Assembly: GCA_010093705.1 (NCBI GenBank)
Contig: MU006089.1
Location: 686,904 to 750,903 of the forward strand
DNA: 64,000 nt
Direction: 5' to 3'
From: Patellaria atrata CBS 101060
Taxonomy: Eukaryota
A model generated the notes under the pieces. It ran no database searches. It was not told the origin of the DNA and saw nothing but the letters and a program-made list of their open reading frames with translations. Positions 39,928-52,703 of this stretch are shown here, piece after piece (position 1 is the stretch's first letter; every line of letters begins with the position of its first letter). A program made the position numbers and the translations under genes.

Positions 39928-40968
39928 TCAGGAGTCCGTCACCCTCAGCAAAAGCTGATATATCTCTCCAAAGTCTCTCGCAAACCACACAATCCGCCCA
40001 TTAGGTCCTCTAGGGTTACCACTCATATCCCTTAACCGGGCAATGGGCGCAGTCGCTACACCGATCCTCTCAAGCGTAGAACTAAACTCTTTCTGCCCAT
40101 TCCCCATCGCATCATCCCGGATACAGACCCCAATATCCGCTCTTAAGAGACACTCCAAGTCCGTAGCGCTGTCCCCCACATACACAAGTACATCCCCCGT
40201 TTCCAGGCCCTCCGAAACCATCGCAACCAATTTATCCCCACTCGTCCTTATTCCCCTCTGACCCCCTTGATTCAACAATCCAGTGGAACCATCTACACCC
40301 TCCAGTCCTTCAAGCTCATTAGCACGAATCTCAATCCTCTCCACCATCTCCCTCAACCTCGCCCTATCCTCATCTCTCAAGCCGTGCTCCTGCTCCACAG
40401 CCGAGTAAAGCGTCTTTCGGATGAAAGTGACGCTCCAATTTACGCTCAGGATAGCTATCCTTACACTCTTCCTTCTTCGGTACAACCCCACCAACATCTC
40501 CTGCCACCCCTCTCTCAATCTCACCTCCCCCGACGCTATCGCATCTCCCGCCGCGCGCTTGATATCCGCAGAAGTGACGCCCGCTAAAAGCTTCTGCTGC
40601 TCAACTCGCTCGACACTACGATGCTCCACTGATTCAAGAGATGCAAACCACGCTATTTCCTGCTCTATAGTTCTACGATCTTCGGGAGTAGGACGGTAAG
40701 ACGCGGCATGGGCGGCGAAATCGGAGGTGTATGCCGAGACGATCGAGGTCCAGGGATCTTCTGAGGGATTAATGTGTTTCCGGGATCCGAGGCGGCCGAG
40801 GATGTGGAGGGTATCGCGAGTGGTGAGGGTGCCATCGAAGTCGAGGATGAGGTGGAGAGTGCGGGAGGAGGGAACGGTGTGGGAAGTCATTCGTGGTTTG
40901 AGGGTTGTAAATGGATGGAATGCTCGTGAGGTTTGAAAGATTTGCGCTCTGAGGATATGGCGTAGCAT
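39928..40968 (-). CDS. HAD-superfamily hydrolase/phosphatase (Cto1/thiamine-phosphate-phosphatase-like), single exon
   Basis: Motif I LILDFDGTLT, motif II ILSVNWS, Lys in TSGDK, and motif IV YVGDSATDL. Confidence 0.88.
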   Translation of the reverse strand: MLRHILRAQIFQTSRAFHPFTTLKPRMTSHTVPSSRTLHLILDFDGTLTTRDTLHILGRLGSRKHINPSEDPWTSIVSAYTSDFAAHAASYRPTPEDRRTIEQEIAWFASLESVEHRSVERVEQQKLLAGVTSADIKRAAGDAIASGEVRLREGWQEMLVGLYRRRKSVRIAILSVNWSVTFIRKTLYSAVEQEHGLRDEDRARLREMVERIEIRANELEGLEGVDGSTGLLNQGGQRGIRTSGDKLVAMVSEGLETGDVLVYVGDSATDLECLLRADIGVCIRDDAMGNGQKEFSSTLERIGVATAPIARLRDMSGNPRGPNGRIVWFARDFGEIYQLLLRVTDS

Positions 40969-41352
40969 ATGGAAATAATATTGAGCATACCATTCAATAC
41001 GAAAAGAGATGAGGTCGTGACGTAGCGGTTCTAGTTGAACCTTGGCAGGGTCCGTCTTTCTTTTAGCTCAAAGATTATTCAGACGTCGATTCTCATCTCG
41101 CACCTTTCCAGCTGTCCTTACAATTACTTTTACTACGTAGAGGTACCCATGTTACATGATTAAGAGTGGTTATGGAGCCTGAAATTGGATGTCGCGTTGT
41201 AAGACAATACAATGAACAGAACAAGCAATGATCGGAACATCCTTGTTCCCAAATGCCCTCACTTTGCGCTCTCACTACATCTAATATCTTTATCCTTGCG
41301 TCGTAATTCATAATGCATCGGAGTTATCATTATCATGTTTTCTGCATCATTC

Positions 41353-42989
41353 TTATGTGGCTGTCAATGCCTTCTGTGCCCATACCACATGACTTATGAC
41401 GCAATCAGTGTCAGTATAGGCGTTCGCGAAGTAAAAAAGAATAGCTCTTCTACTTACTAGTTGTGTTGCGCTTGGAACCTAGGGTTCTTCAGGTCCTTTC
41501 GAACATTTGCTAGGAGGACCTGGACCTCTTCCGGTTTCCAGTTTAAAGCTGTAGTGAGAACACGGAGAGAGATTGCTTCTAGACCATCGAGGAATTGGTA
41601 GAGATCGAACATCCCGATCTCTTTCTGTACAGTCGGTCAACACTTAAGTCGATATATATGAAAGAAAGCGCTCACGTACCTTTTTCGGATCTTTCGGCCA
41701 CCGTCCCACAGGGATGGGTATAAGCTCATGATGGACATTTATGAACCCGGCGTCTCTAACCCACTGTTCCAACTTTGGTCCTGGTTCTGCAACGAGGCCG
41801 AATTTGGTGATCCCTTCGATGACCTTTTCTGTCCATACGTCTGATGGACATCCCCGGTAGAATTCTCCATTGGTGGTATAAAACCTCATGTCGAAGTCTT
41901 GGAATTCGACCCATCCACCTGGTTTTGTAAATCTGTGTAAAAAAATCTCGATTAACAGTTGTAATACAGGATGCAGAGATTTCTTACTTGTAAGCTTGTT
42001 CCATAAGTCCTGGCCAATCCTTTAAGGAGCCGGCCAAGTAGCGGGCATGGATGAGATCGAACTTGGAGCTGTATACCCATTCCTTCTCCATGTCGTCTAC
42101 CTCAAATTTGACGTTAGGAGGGACCCTATGAGATGTAAGCCTTGATTCTGGACTAGCATATGAGGATATTCTTACAAGGTAGGTTGAATTGGGCTGAGAT
42201 CGTTCCCAAGAATCTGTACGTTATTCCATTAGCGGACGAAGTGACAAAGAAATGCTAACGAACCTCAGCTGACGGGTATAGGTCCCCCATATCCATTGCC
42301 CAGATACCTTTATGTATCATGAGTATTGAGAGCAGTAGGTTAGACACGAAACGTTACCTGTCCCCGTTCCGAGGTCGAGAATACGTTGTGGATTATCTCC
42401 TATTGGTGCTAGGTGCAACTTGTCACCGATTGCAAGCGTCAGGAGATGATGGAAAAGGTCAAGGCGATCCATCTCATCCTAAATTCATTTGTCAAATTCG
42501 GGACTTATTCGATTAGCAAGAGCTACGTACCTCATCATTTGGAAGGAAGTATGCTATAGTTCTACATGTCAGCGAGGATCAAGTCACATATGTGAGACAG
42601 GATACGTGCATCCGTCTTTGAAAGCATGATATCGACGTCCATTCTCGTATTTGTAGTTCATGATACTCGATTTGATCGAGGTTGTCCAGCTTTGACTATA
42701 GTAACACAGGGAAATCAGCACCAAAAAGCCACGATGCGGCACGGTTACAGGTCACCCTTCGTAAACTCCTACAACGTTGGACTAGAATATAGCGCACCTG
42801 TCATCACCGAAAGCAGAATCGGCATCTGACCCGATCTATTACAAGTCAGTCAACGTGTATGGTAAGCAGGGACGAGATCAAAGATCTTACTTCTTCAGCC
42901 TCGATCGGCACATGTGCCGGTCCAGTGTTGGCAGGAGTAGCAGCAGCGTCTTCGGTTATGGATGATGTTGGATTCGGTTCGCTCATCAT
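41353..42989 (-). CDS. LaeA-like class I SAM-dependent methyltransferase, 11 exons by manual splicing
   Basis: Manual splicing gives YKYENGRRYHAFKDGSYFLPNDEDEMDRLD, RILDLGTGTGIWAMDMGD, GNDLSPIQP, VPPNVKFEVDDME, KPGGWVEFQDFD, IPVGRWPKDPKK and HVVWAQK. Confidence 0.88.
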
Positions 42990-44072
42990 TAGACTCCTCG
43001 GTTAAACTGGACTTCAGTATAAGTTTAGGAGGTTAGAATGCGAACCTTAGATGTTAAATTATGAAAGGAGGATATTCTGGATATAAGAAGTCCAGATGGA
43101 AGCGGGAAATATTCATGTAGTACAGAACGTGACCACCTCATGCTGGATCTACGCAGGAAAGAAGTAGTGACCGCCCATTGTGGGAAGGATCCAATGGCCA
43201 TAGAGCAACTGTGAACAACGAACAACCTAAATAAACATGGTGGCTCAATCTGGGCAGCTCGTAGTTAGTGCTTCGATTAATATTGGTAAAATTGGTATCA
43301 TTTCATTTAGAGGTAAATTTTTTTGTTATAGAAGTCGAGTTATGCTTTTCTATCAATCTCGTCTTAGTTCCAGCAAAGACCATTTCTAGGCCACACCAAA
43401 TATAGATATTACGTACGATAGTTTATGAAATGTCCACGGCACAGTTCTCGATCTCTTTCGGAAAACCATGGAGTCCTTGACAGCGGCAAATTCATCTTTT
43501 GTGTGGTCAACGTGGTTGAACATGGATTGTCAGACAAGGGATTTCTGTTAAACTGTAAGTATGCGGCACCGTTGCAGGCGGGGTTAGAGTGAATCGGGCC
43601 AAGATGCTCGTTAGGGAGAGAGAACTTCAACCGGCGACTGACGCAGAGTTGCAAACAAATGGCAAATCAAGAACGAACTCAGCCCCTTCAAAAGAAGGCA
43701 AAAATGAATTCATGCGCTTGGATTGAGGCCCTTTCTGCGGACGGGTGTGCGGTCTAGCGATTCTGCACATGGCTGCAAGATATTCGTCAAAGTCACCAAT
43801 TGGAACTTCACTTGTCTTGCTCCGGCCGCCTCAAGATGCAGTAAGGTAGATCTAGTGTCGTGATGTTCAGGCGGAGAGTGACGGAAGATGGTGACAGACA
43901 ACCTTAAGTCGCTCGATTTCCTTCTTTATCAGTCATGTGCGAGACGTGAATATCACTATCTTGAAACAATTTGGGGCGTCTGCGTCGACCTTACTGTTTT
44001 ACTCCTGTACTCCGTATAATCCTACGCATCAAAATTCTTCGCCAAAACGTCTAGTGGAGAAGTGTAACAGCA

Positions 44073-45858
44073 ATGGCGATACAGCTCTCACCAACCACCA
44101 TATGTGGACTACTCTTCTTGGGATCATTTGTAATGAGATGCATATACCGCCTCTTCTTCCATCCATTGGCGAAATTTCCTGGACCGAAGCTCGCGGCGCT
44201 AAGCGTTTGGTACGAAGGCTATTACGACGTCGTCGGGAAGGGCAAATATATATTTCATGTTAAGAAGTTGCACGAGATCTATGGTATGTAAATAACTCGC
44301 AGATAAGGCCCGCTCCTCCACCGTTCATGTTACTCGTCTGCAATATCAAAAGAAAAGGTTCGATTGGTTCCCGCATGTCGACCATGCGGCGTAACCGGGA
44401 CGGTCAAGTAGCACAGAAAGAGCTGACCAAGGTACGAAACAGGTCCGATCGTTCGCATAGGGCCTAATGAGCTTCATATCCTGGACCACGAGTATTATGA
44501 CCGGCTGTACAACCAGACGAACCGGCTTGACAAGTATGACTACTTCTACAGTATGCTGGGTAACCCAACTGCCTTATTTGGAACCATCCGAGCGGACGTA
44601 CATCGTCTTCGAAAGGCCAGCTTAAGCCCGTTCTTCTCGCCACAGAATATTGCCCGCTTTCATTCGGAGCATCAAGCCATCGTCGATCGGCTAACTACCC
44701 GCATGGAAGCATGTGCAACGAAAAACGAGCCTGTTCCCCTGTTCTTTGCTTATCGATGTATGAGTGTAGATATCATCACAGAGTTCATATTTGGTGAAGG
44801 TCTCAATCTCCTTGAACGAGAAGATTGGGGACGCAACTTCTACACAGCATGGCGAAGTCTATGGGACCTTTCGCCTCTTATCAGGCAGTTTCCTCCATTG
44901 CTAACTATCTCCATGGCAATGCCTCGCTGGTTCACAGCGCTCACTAATCCTCTTGCACTGAATGTAGTCGATATGTTCAAATACATAGATGATCAGACCG
45001 AAAAGGCGCTCAGATCGAGCCCGGAGAAGATCAAGCAGAAGGGGAGGCCTGTCGCCGTGTATGATGTCGCACAATCGGACAACTTACCATCCCAAGAGAA
45101 GACGTTCGAACGTCTTGCTGTAGAAGCAAATGGACTCGTTGCTGCAGGCTTCGAAACAACCGCGGCCACTCTTTCCACAGCAACTTATTTCGTCCTAGCG
45201 AACCCTCAAGTCCACGCCAAGTTAGTGGAAGAACTGCAGGAGCGTATTCCCGACCTCAATGAGATACCCCTCTACTCTACCCTTGAGAAATTTCCATACT
45301 TATGGGCAGTGGTTAAAGAGAGTCTACGGTAGGCTATCCGCACCAGGTTTAAGTACATAAAAACTAACAAAACGCCCAGTATCTCCATTGGCGCCATATC
45401 CCGTCTCCCACGCGTAAACCCCAAAGAGCCCATGCGCTACAAAGACTGGATCATCCCTCCAAACGTAAGTCCCCCATCCCCCATCTCGCACATTCTCTAA
45501 ATCAACGCACCAGACCGCCGTCGGCATGTCTGCCCTCTTCATCGAAATGGACCCGATCATCTTTCCCTCCCCCGACCGCTTCATCCCCGAACGCTGGCTC
45601 GAACCGGGCGCCAAAGCCCGGCTAGAACCCTGGCTCCTCACCTTCGGCAAAGGCACCCGCTCCTGCATCGGCACTAACCTCGCCTACGCCGAGATGTATA
45701 CCACGATCGCGACCGTGTTTCGTAGGTTTCCGAGCATGCAGTTGTTCGATACCACGTGGGAGGATATGGAGCCGGCGCATGATTACTTTGCGGGAATGGT
45801 GAGGTTTGATAGGAGGAGTGGAAGGTGTGGGGTTAGTGTTAGAGTTGGGGGGAAGTAG
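44073..45858 (+). CDS. Cytochrome P450 monooxygenase (trichodiene-oxygenase/CYP58-clan-like), 4 exons
   Basis: N-terminal anchor followed by [27 protein letters not shown]-helix AAGFETT, KESLR (ExxR), FIPERW and heme motif [10 protein letters not shown]. Introns at 44284-44442, ~45329-45379 and ~45464-45513. Confidence 0.93.
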
Positions 45859-46619
45859 GGGGATGTGTGGAAATGTGGTTGGTAGGTGAGTTGATATTGT
45901 GGGATCTGGTAGTGTATTTCGGCGAAGGGTGATGCTCATGGAGGACTCCTTGACTTATCTGAAATATGATGAAAGATGTACGGTATAAGCGTTTACTGTC
46001 GGTATTTTATCATTCTTGATCCTTTACCATACATCAGGATGGACTTTTCTGTGTATTGTTTCATGGCAGCGTATGAATGTCCTCTTTCCTCCTCCCGGGC
46101 CGTAATCGGCATACCTCAGTCGTACTGTACGGTTGAGCCTGGATACACTCGGAATTGCCAAATCAGCTCCTTCGAAATATTACTGGCCCTTACGCTCAAC
46201 TCGAGACTCGCATAATCAGAAGTAGACTATAAGGTATCTTTGCTTCTAGCTGATTAGACTTCTGCTGTACAGCCACTACCACCATATATCAATCTATAAT
46301 TACCCTCGGTTCGGTCAATCCCATGTACAATGAATAGAGAGCACCCGTACATTCTAGGACTCCTATATCAAAGAGTCTAAAATATAGCAAGCGGGTCTAC
46401 AACACGCCCAGATCATGATTGACAGAGTACAGTTCAATTGAGAACTTGTCGTACATTCTCCTTCGTATCCCAAAACCTGTCTACTACTCAGACCAAAAAC
46501 AAATACAAAGTCAGGAATAGGACTTCAAGCAACTCCTAAAAGGTGGAAGCAATCCACAAAGAACCAATTCAAATACACGGAGCCAAATATTCCAAGCCTC
46601 CCAACCCATCTCCTAGGAC

Positions 46620-49600
46620 CTACATCAAACTACTTCTCCCCCCGATCTCATTTCCGCCCTGCCCGTTCGGCATCTCCCCATTCCTCCCAACCACGAACTC
46701 CCTATAGATCGCCGCCAGCCTCCTCCTCTCCTCGGGACTGATACTACTCCTCGTAGTTCTCAGCGAACTAACTATATGCTTCCACTCAATAGTCGGCTCC
46801 TTTCCAGCCGTAGAATCCCTCCCCTTATCAATCTCAACACTCGAATTCGAAACCAGCTGATTCTGCAACGCCTTCTGCCTCCGCCGCGCGGCATTAATAG
46901 CGCTGATTTTCGCCGCGATGGCCGCGCGCTCCGTGAGTGCCGCGGAAGGAGTCGCCTTCGCGTTTCCGGAGTTGGTGTCCGCGGCGTTGTCACCGAAGCG
47001 GAAGTACGAGAACTCGGGTAGGCCTTTAGAACTGGGCCCAGGCCCATGGCCGTTGATCTTGCTCTTCTTGTTCTTGCTTTGGGTGGAGTTCGCGCTCAGT
47101 TCTTCGGCGTCCAGAACGTCGTGGATGGCTTCGAGTTGGGCGTTGTACATCACAGCTTGGAGGTCGGCGCCGGAGTAACCCTCTGTCCGCCGGGCGATTT
47201 CCCACAAGTTGTCACCAGAGGACTCGTCGGTATCTAGGACGGAGTCATCGAGGTTTAAGTTTCGCGTAACGGCTTTCAGAATATCGACTCTCTCCCCGAG
47301 GTCTGGCATATCGCAGATGAGACTCTTGTCAAGCCGTCCAGGACGTAGTAACGCAGGGTCAATGAGATCAGGTCTGCTCGTGGCAGCAAGTACATACACT
47401 CCACTTAAGCCCTCTGCGCCATCCATCTGAGTGAGTAGCTGGTTGACGACGCGGTCTGTTACACCAGTAGAATCGTGCCCTCGCTTCGGCGCGATAGAGT
47501 CGAATTCATCGAAGAAAAGGACGCAGGGCCGGGCTGCTTCCGCTCTCTCGAAGAGATCACGAACCGACTTCTCTGAAGCTCCGATGTACTTATTCAATAT
47601 TTCTGGGCCTTTGACACTAATGAAGTTGAGGCCGCATTCGCCGGCTACCGCTGACGCGAGGAGGGTCTTGCCACACCCTGGATAACCGTAGAGCAATAGC
47701 CCTGAGCGAAGCCGCAACGAACACTGAGCGAAGATGGGTGCGTAAGTTGTCGGATATTGAAGCGTTTCAAGCAGTATCTGACGTGTAGAGTGTAAACCAC
47801 CAATAGAGTCCCACCTAGTAGTGGATGACTGTAGTGTTACGTTTCGTAGTGAGGCTGGGGTAAAGCCCTTGATCGCAGCGGCGAAGTCGTCCTTTCTAAG
47901 ATAGATTGTACCGCTTTGGGGATGTTGAGAGGAAACCGAGCGGATGAGAGCTTCATTTCGAGCCCGAGAGACCAAGAGCACAAGATCACCGGGCATATAG
48001 CCGTCTGTCTGACCGGCGAGATCGAGGAAATCAATGGATTTATCGATGATGAATCCATCTTGGGATATAGTTCTCCGGTGACCATGTCCATGACCAGATG
48101 TACTAGGTCTGCTAGATGAGCTTGTCCCATCCATCCATGCAGTTCCCTCTCCATTCTGTTTTCCTAATGAGGTATTATTCATCTTACCATCACCGTCTAG
48201 TAAGGTTTTGTCAGAGTCCACTAGCATTTCAAGTACCCTGCGTCTACCCTCTTTATTTGGTGCCTTCAAGCTTACGATTTCCCTAACGATATGGCCACCG
48301 ATGAGAACGTTATTTACTGCCTCCTTGGCTTGCGCTGTTACAAGTAGCACAACCCCGGACTCCAGGTAGCAGTATTGTCTTATAACCGCACTCATGCACT
48401 CGCTAATGTGTCTACTGCGGCCGTTCTCCCCGCCAACTTGCAGTTCAGTCTCTACTGGACAGAGTCTATCAACATCATCAAGAACGATTAACGATCGTCC
48501 ACCTTGTCGTGCGCCCCATGACGCTGCAGAAAAAAGACGGTTTAAGGTATCTTTGACGGTGGATACTCGAGTTTCATCTGTGACGAGGCTTCGACAAGGG
48601 AAGTAGATGGTATGAAACAGATGCTCATTTTGCAGCCGATGGGCCAAAAGATGAGTGAGAGATGTTTTCCCCGAACCAAGTCCACCGGTGAGTAGCACAG
48701 ACGAAGAATGGGAGAGATGAGATAGTAACTGTTCGATCAGAGTATCGATCCCAGCCATAACTGGACTCGATTTAGGTATGGTCTCGCCAACAGACGAGCT
48801 TTTGAAATGACTTGTCGGCTTTGTTATTTCTGATTGGAGTTCAATAGGTAAAGTCCGTTCAGATCCAAGGATCCATAGAAGAGGGGACTTTTTGCTCTCC
48901 CCGAGGAGGGGTGGTGCTGGGTCGAATTTGATCACCCCTCCTGGCCATTCCATTCCAGGTTGACCTGCTGGCGGCAGTACCATCCCATGGGTTAAAGGCC
49001 CGTCTAATAGACCGTTCCCGTCGGGAGTCTTGCCAAAAATCTTCTGGACTAGTCGTGCACCTTCTTCCCGCTCTTGTTTGGACTCGCCACCAAATTTTAT
49101 AGCTCCACTGCCCTGGGGACTTGCGGTTGAAAACGGTAGTACCTGGAGGATTTTAATGGGGACATCTTTTGAGGTAATACCGCTATTGGTCTGTGACTTG
49201 AAGAGTGACTTGTAAGTTTGAGGCGGAGCGACTTCGACCCTTACTAGACCTCCAACCATACCCTCGGAACCCAGAATATCGCACAATACGGAAGACAGTG
49301 CAATATGTTTAGCGTCAGGAGCATATTCCCATAATCCGACCCGAGCAACAACTTTACTAGCTGGCTTTTCGACATCCGGTTCTTTCTGAGGATCAACAGG
49401 TTCTTGGATACCCACTGGAGTGACGATAGACACACTAACCCATGTTGCGCCCTTTAATTCTTTCGAAGAGAGCAAGTCTGGATCAACCCATACTTTGAGA
49501 CCTTCATCGTCCATGCCTTCCGCATCTTCGAACAAGTCACCCCCTAGGCCACGGTCTATCCCACGGAGGTAGAGTGGGCCTCTGTTAGACGACTCATCTC

Positions 49601-50568
49601 GTGTGCTCCGTCGTCGGACAGTACTTGCACCACTCTTGCCACCAGCGCTCCTGCGACTAGTACTAGCAACACTACGATTCTCACGGTTGGATAATCTTTC
49701 TGAGCTCTGTCGGGTTTTGGGTGCGACTATAACCTCTGCGTCAGGAGATATTTTGATGAAAGGGGAACTCGAAGCCGGAGCGGGTATCAATGATGTGACG
49801 GTGATATTAGCTGTCGACGTAGGAGAGAGATGCAGAGTTAGAGGATGAGGAACGTGCTTCTGAGTATCTGGTGAAGGAGAGTATGAAGGATTTGGTAAGG
49901 CGCGAACTTGGGACAAGAAATTGAGTTCGAGAAATTGTGCATGTAATTCAATCACTGTTACCATCAGTATCACGAGTATTAAAGCCAGACATTGACTTAC
50001 TCTCCCAATCCGCCGGTATCAATGGTTCGATGTTGATGGTATGCGCTTGAGGAGGGTCTAGATGCAGAAGTACACCCACCTACTAAAGCATATGAGCGGA
50101 GTGTTTGCGCAAACCTGATGATATCAATCATACTCTCTGGCCCTCTTCTATGCCTAACAATCGAGCGAAGGTCGCATCCATCTCAACTATAGATACGTCC
50201 TGATCTCTCCCAGCAGTCCCTCCTCTGATATTCAACCCATCTTTACCAACAACGCCAGCAACCTTCCGCTTGCTTTGTAGGCCAGTCCATCCCACGAAGA
50301 CTGATTTTGAGATCGGTGCTTCTCTCGAGCCGGAGCCGCTTGGAGGGCGTTGTTGACGGTAGTTTAGCTCAATGACTACATTTTGAGCTATCTAGAAGAG
50401 TGATTAGTAAAATTTCAATTGGTATGAGTATAGCTTTCTTACTGTATTCGCATTAAGAAGAACAGCTACCAGAGGTGCTGGCAAGTTAACAAGACAATTC
50501 TTGAGAGAATGCAGAAGTCCAATCTCCGCCTGAGCGATTTGACCGGTAGTCTTCTTATTAGAAGCCAT
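46620..50568 (-). CDS. PEX1: Peroxisomal AAA+ ATPase Pex1, 4 exons
   Basis: The N-domain has LKNCLVNLP, FVGWTG and NIEPL...DWE..ELHAQFLE. D1 Walker A is GGLGSGKT. D2 has GYPGCGKT, VKGPEILNKYIGASE and FFDEFDSIAPKRGHDSTGVTDRVVNQ. The C-terminus is GGRSSLM. Confidence 0.94.
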
Positions 50569-50907
50569 GATTCGGTCGTTGATGGAGATTTCAGGGAGCC
50601 ATTGTTCAGTCCATAGCTCGCTCTTGTATCGCAGACGCGCTCACTGGTTGTTACAGTTCGGCCTAAGTTCAAATGGACCTCGGCTTTCTAACGATACACG
50701 CTAGACAATATACGGTAATTGGCTATAGGAGTTTCCATTTCAAATTCAATTTATATATAATGTCACTTACCGAACTCATGAAAGTATTCAAATTTCGGGG
50801 ATTATTGACTGGAAACTATAGAGTGTCACCAGGTGAAAGATTGATCTCAGATTCATCCGTCCAAATCGATTAACTTTGTCACGAACTCCTTTGGGACATT
50901 ATGAAGA

Positions 50908-52703
50908 CTACCCTTCAAGCCCATACTCCTCGATTAATCTCTCACTTGCAATCTCCCCAATCTGATATGCCCAAGCTACCGTATGACAACTGGGTACAAA
51001 TGGTGTTACGCTCATATCCGCAACCCTGAGCCCCTCGACGCCCTTAACCTTGAACCGTGTGTCTACACACGCCATCTCATCAACATCCTTCCCCATCATA
51101 ACTGTCGAGCTCATATGCCACGTACTTCCCGTAAACTTTTTCGTGAATGTCCAAATATCCTCGTCGCTCGCACTCTCCGGGACATGAAACGGAGCCACGG
51201 TCTCTTTGGCGATGTCCGGAATCGCAAAGAAGGCATGTAGTCGTTTGACGTTATCGACCCAGTTCAGCCGATCCCATGGATGCGTTAGCATCTTGGGATC
51301 GCACACAGGTGGATCCTGGGGGTTGGTGGATGCGAGCGTTACAGCTCCCCGCGACTGCACTGCCATTCCACTTGCGCAAAGAGTAATGTAAGAGCGGTCC
51401 TTGTTAGCATGGGGTAATGGTGCCATACAAGCCATCAATTCTCCCGTAGGACTGGTCGGGCTGAGGATGCGAGCTTGGGTTGAAGCAGGAAGAGCTTTGA
51501 ATTCGGCCGTTTCGAACAGAGCCTCGTTCTTGTAGAATCCCATGATGATCATCGCGTAGATGCTGGCAAGGGGCCCACTGCCATCTTTAAAGAGCTGTTC
51601 CCGCGCCGCTGCGTGAGCTCTAGCGTCAGTAAAGAGGGCTGCATGATTATCAAAACCGTCTCTAGCTTGCATGGACATGAACATTATGGGGTGGTCCTGG
51701 AGATTCTTCCCGACACCAGGGAGGTCATAAACAGATTCAATGCCATGGACTGCCAGTTCATCTTTAGGACCTATCCCGGATAGCAAAAGCAGTTTTGGTG
51801 AGTCTAATGCTCCCGCACATACGATCACCTCGTTTTTAGCTTTGTCTAGGTTTACTGTCAGTTCCGTACTGGATTTATTGGTCGATTAAGGAGAGTTACC
51901 TACAAGTTTTTTCGTTGGCAATGACACCGATGGTACGCTTTTCTTCAAATACGAGTTTAGTAACAGGTGAATCAGTCCGAATGGCCAGATTTGAAGGTGG
52001 ATCTGTCAAAAATGCCACTCGAGCTGTACAGCGTAAGGAGTTCCGTGCAGTGGCTGGATTGATTCCTATTCCTAACGGGTTACCCGAGTTGATATCGAGA
52101 TTTCGGTCATATCCCGAACTATTTATCGCATCCAGTGTTTTCGTAAGCGGCGGGTCCCACAGCTGACCAAATTCAATGTCGATTGACCCAGATGTCCCAT
52201 GGATTGCCGGGTCAACCGTAGCATACGGCTGATATTCTGGCCGGACCTTTGTGTTGAATCTTTCGATCTTCTTCAGCCGACGACGAGAATTTTCAGAGTT
52301 AAATGTATCATCGCCAACGATTCGTGCCCACTGATCATAGTCCTCATTCGGTCCAGTAGTCCAACAACAGAAATTAACTGCACTAGAACCTCCTAACCCC
52401 TTTCCGCGATCAAAGTCGATTGACCTGTTTTCCAGAACTTCCTGTGGTGCGGTCTTATAGCCCCAATTCATTTCAGGGCGCACAAATGCAGTAAGAAATC
52501 GCTCAGGGAGGAGCATGATCTCCCGATCCGCATTTGGTCCTCCTGCCTCCAGTAACAATACACTCGGAGCTTTAGAACTTCGCGCTAGGCGAGACGCGAT
52601 AGTCGATCCAGAAGGTCCGCCTAAACGATGATGAATCACCCCATATCACATGAGACTCGAGAGCCGACTTACTGCCTACGATAATAAAATCATACTCAGC
52701 CAT
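50908..52703 (-). CDS. GMC oxidoreductase (choline dehydrogenase/aryl-alcohol oxidase-like), 3 exons
   Basis: YDFIIVGSGPSG (FAD binding), RGKGLGGSSAVN, AGALDSPKLLLLSGIG, GVGKNLQDH, active-site WH and GLRVADMS. No obvious signal peptide. Confidence 0.92.
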
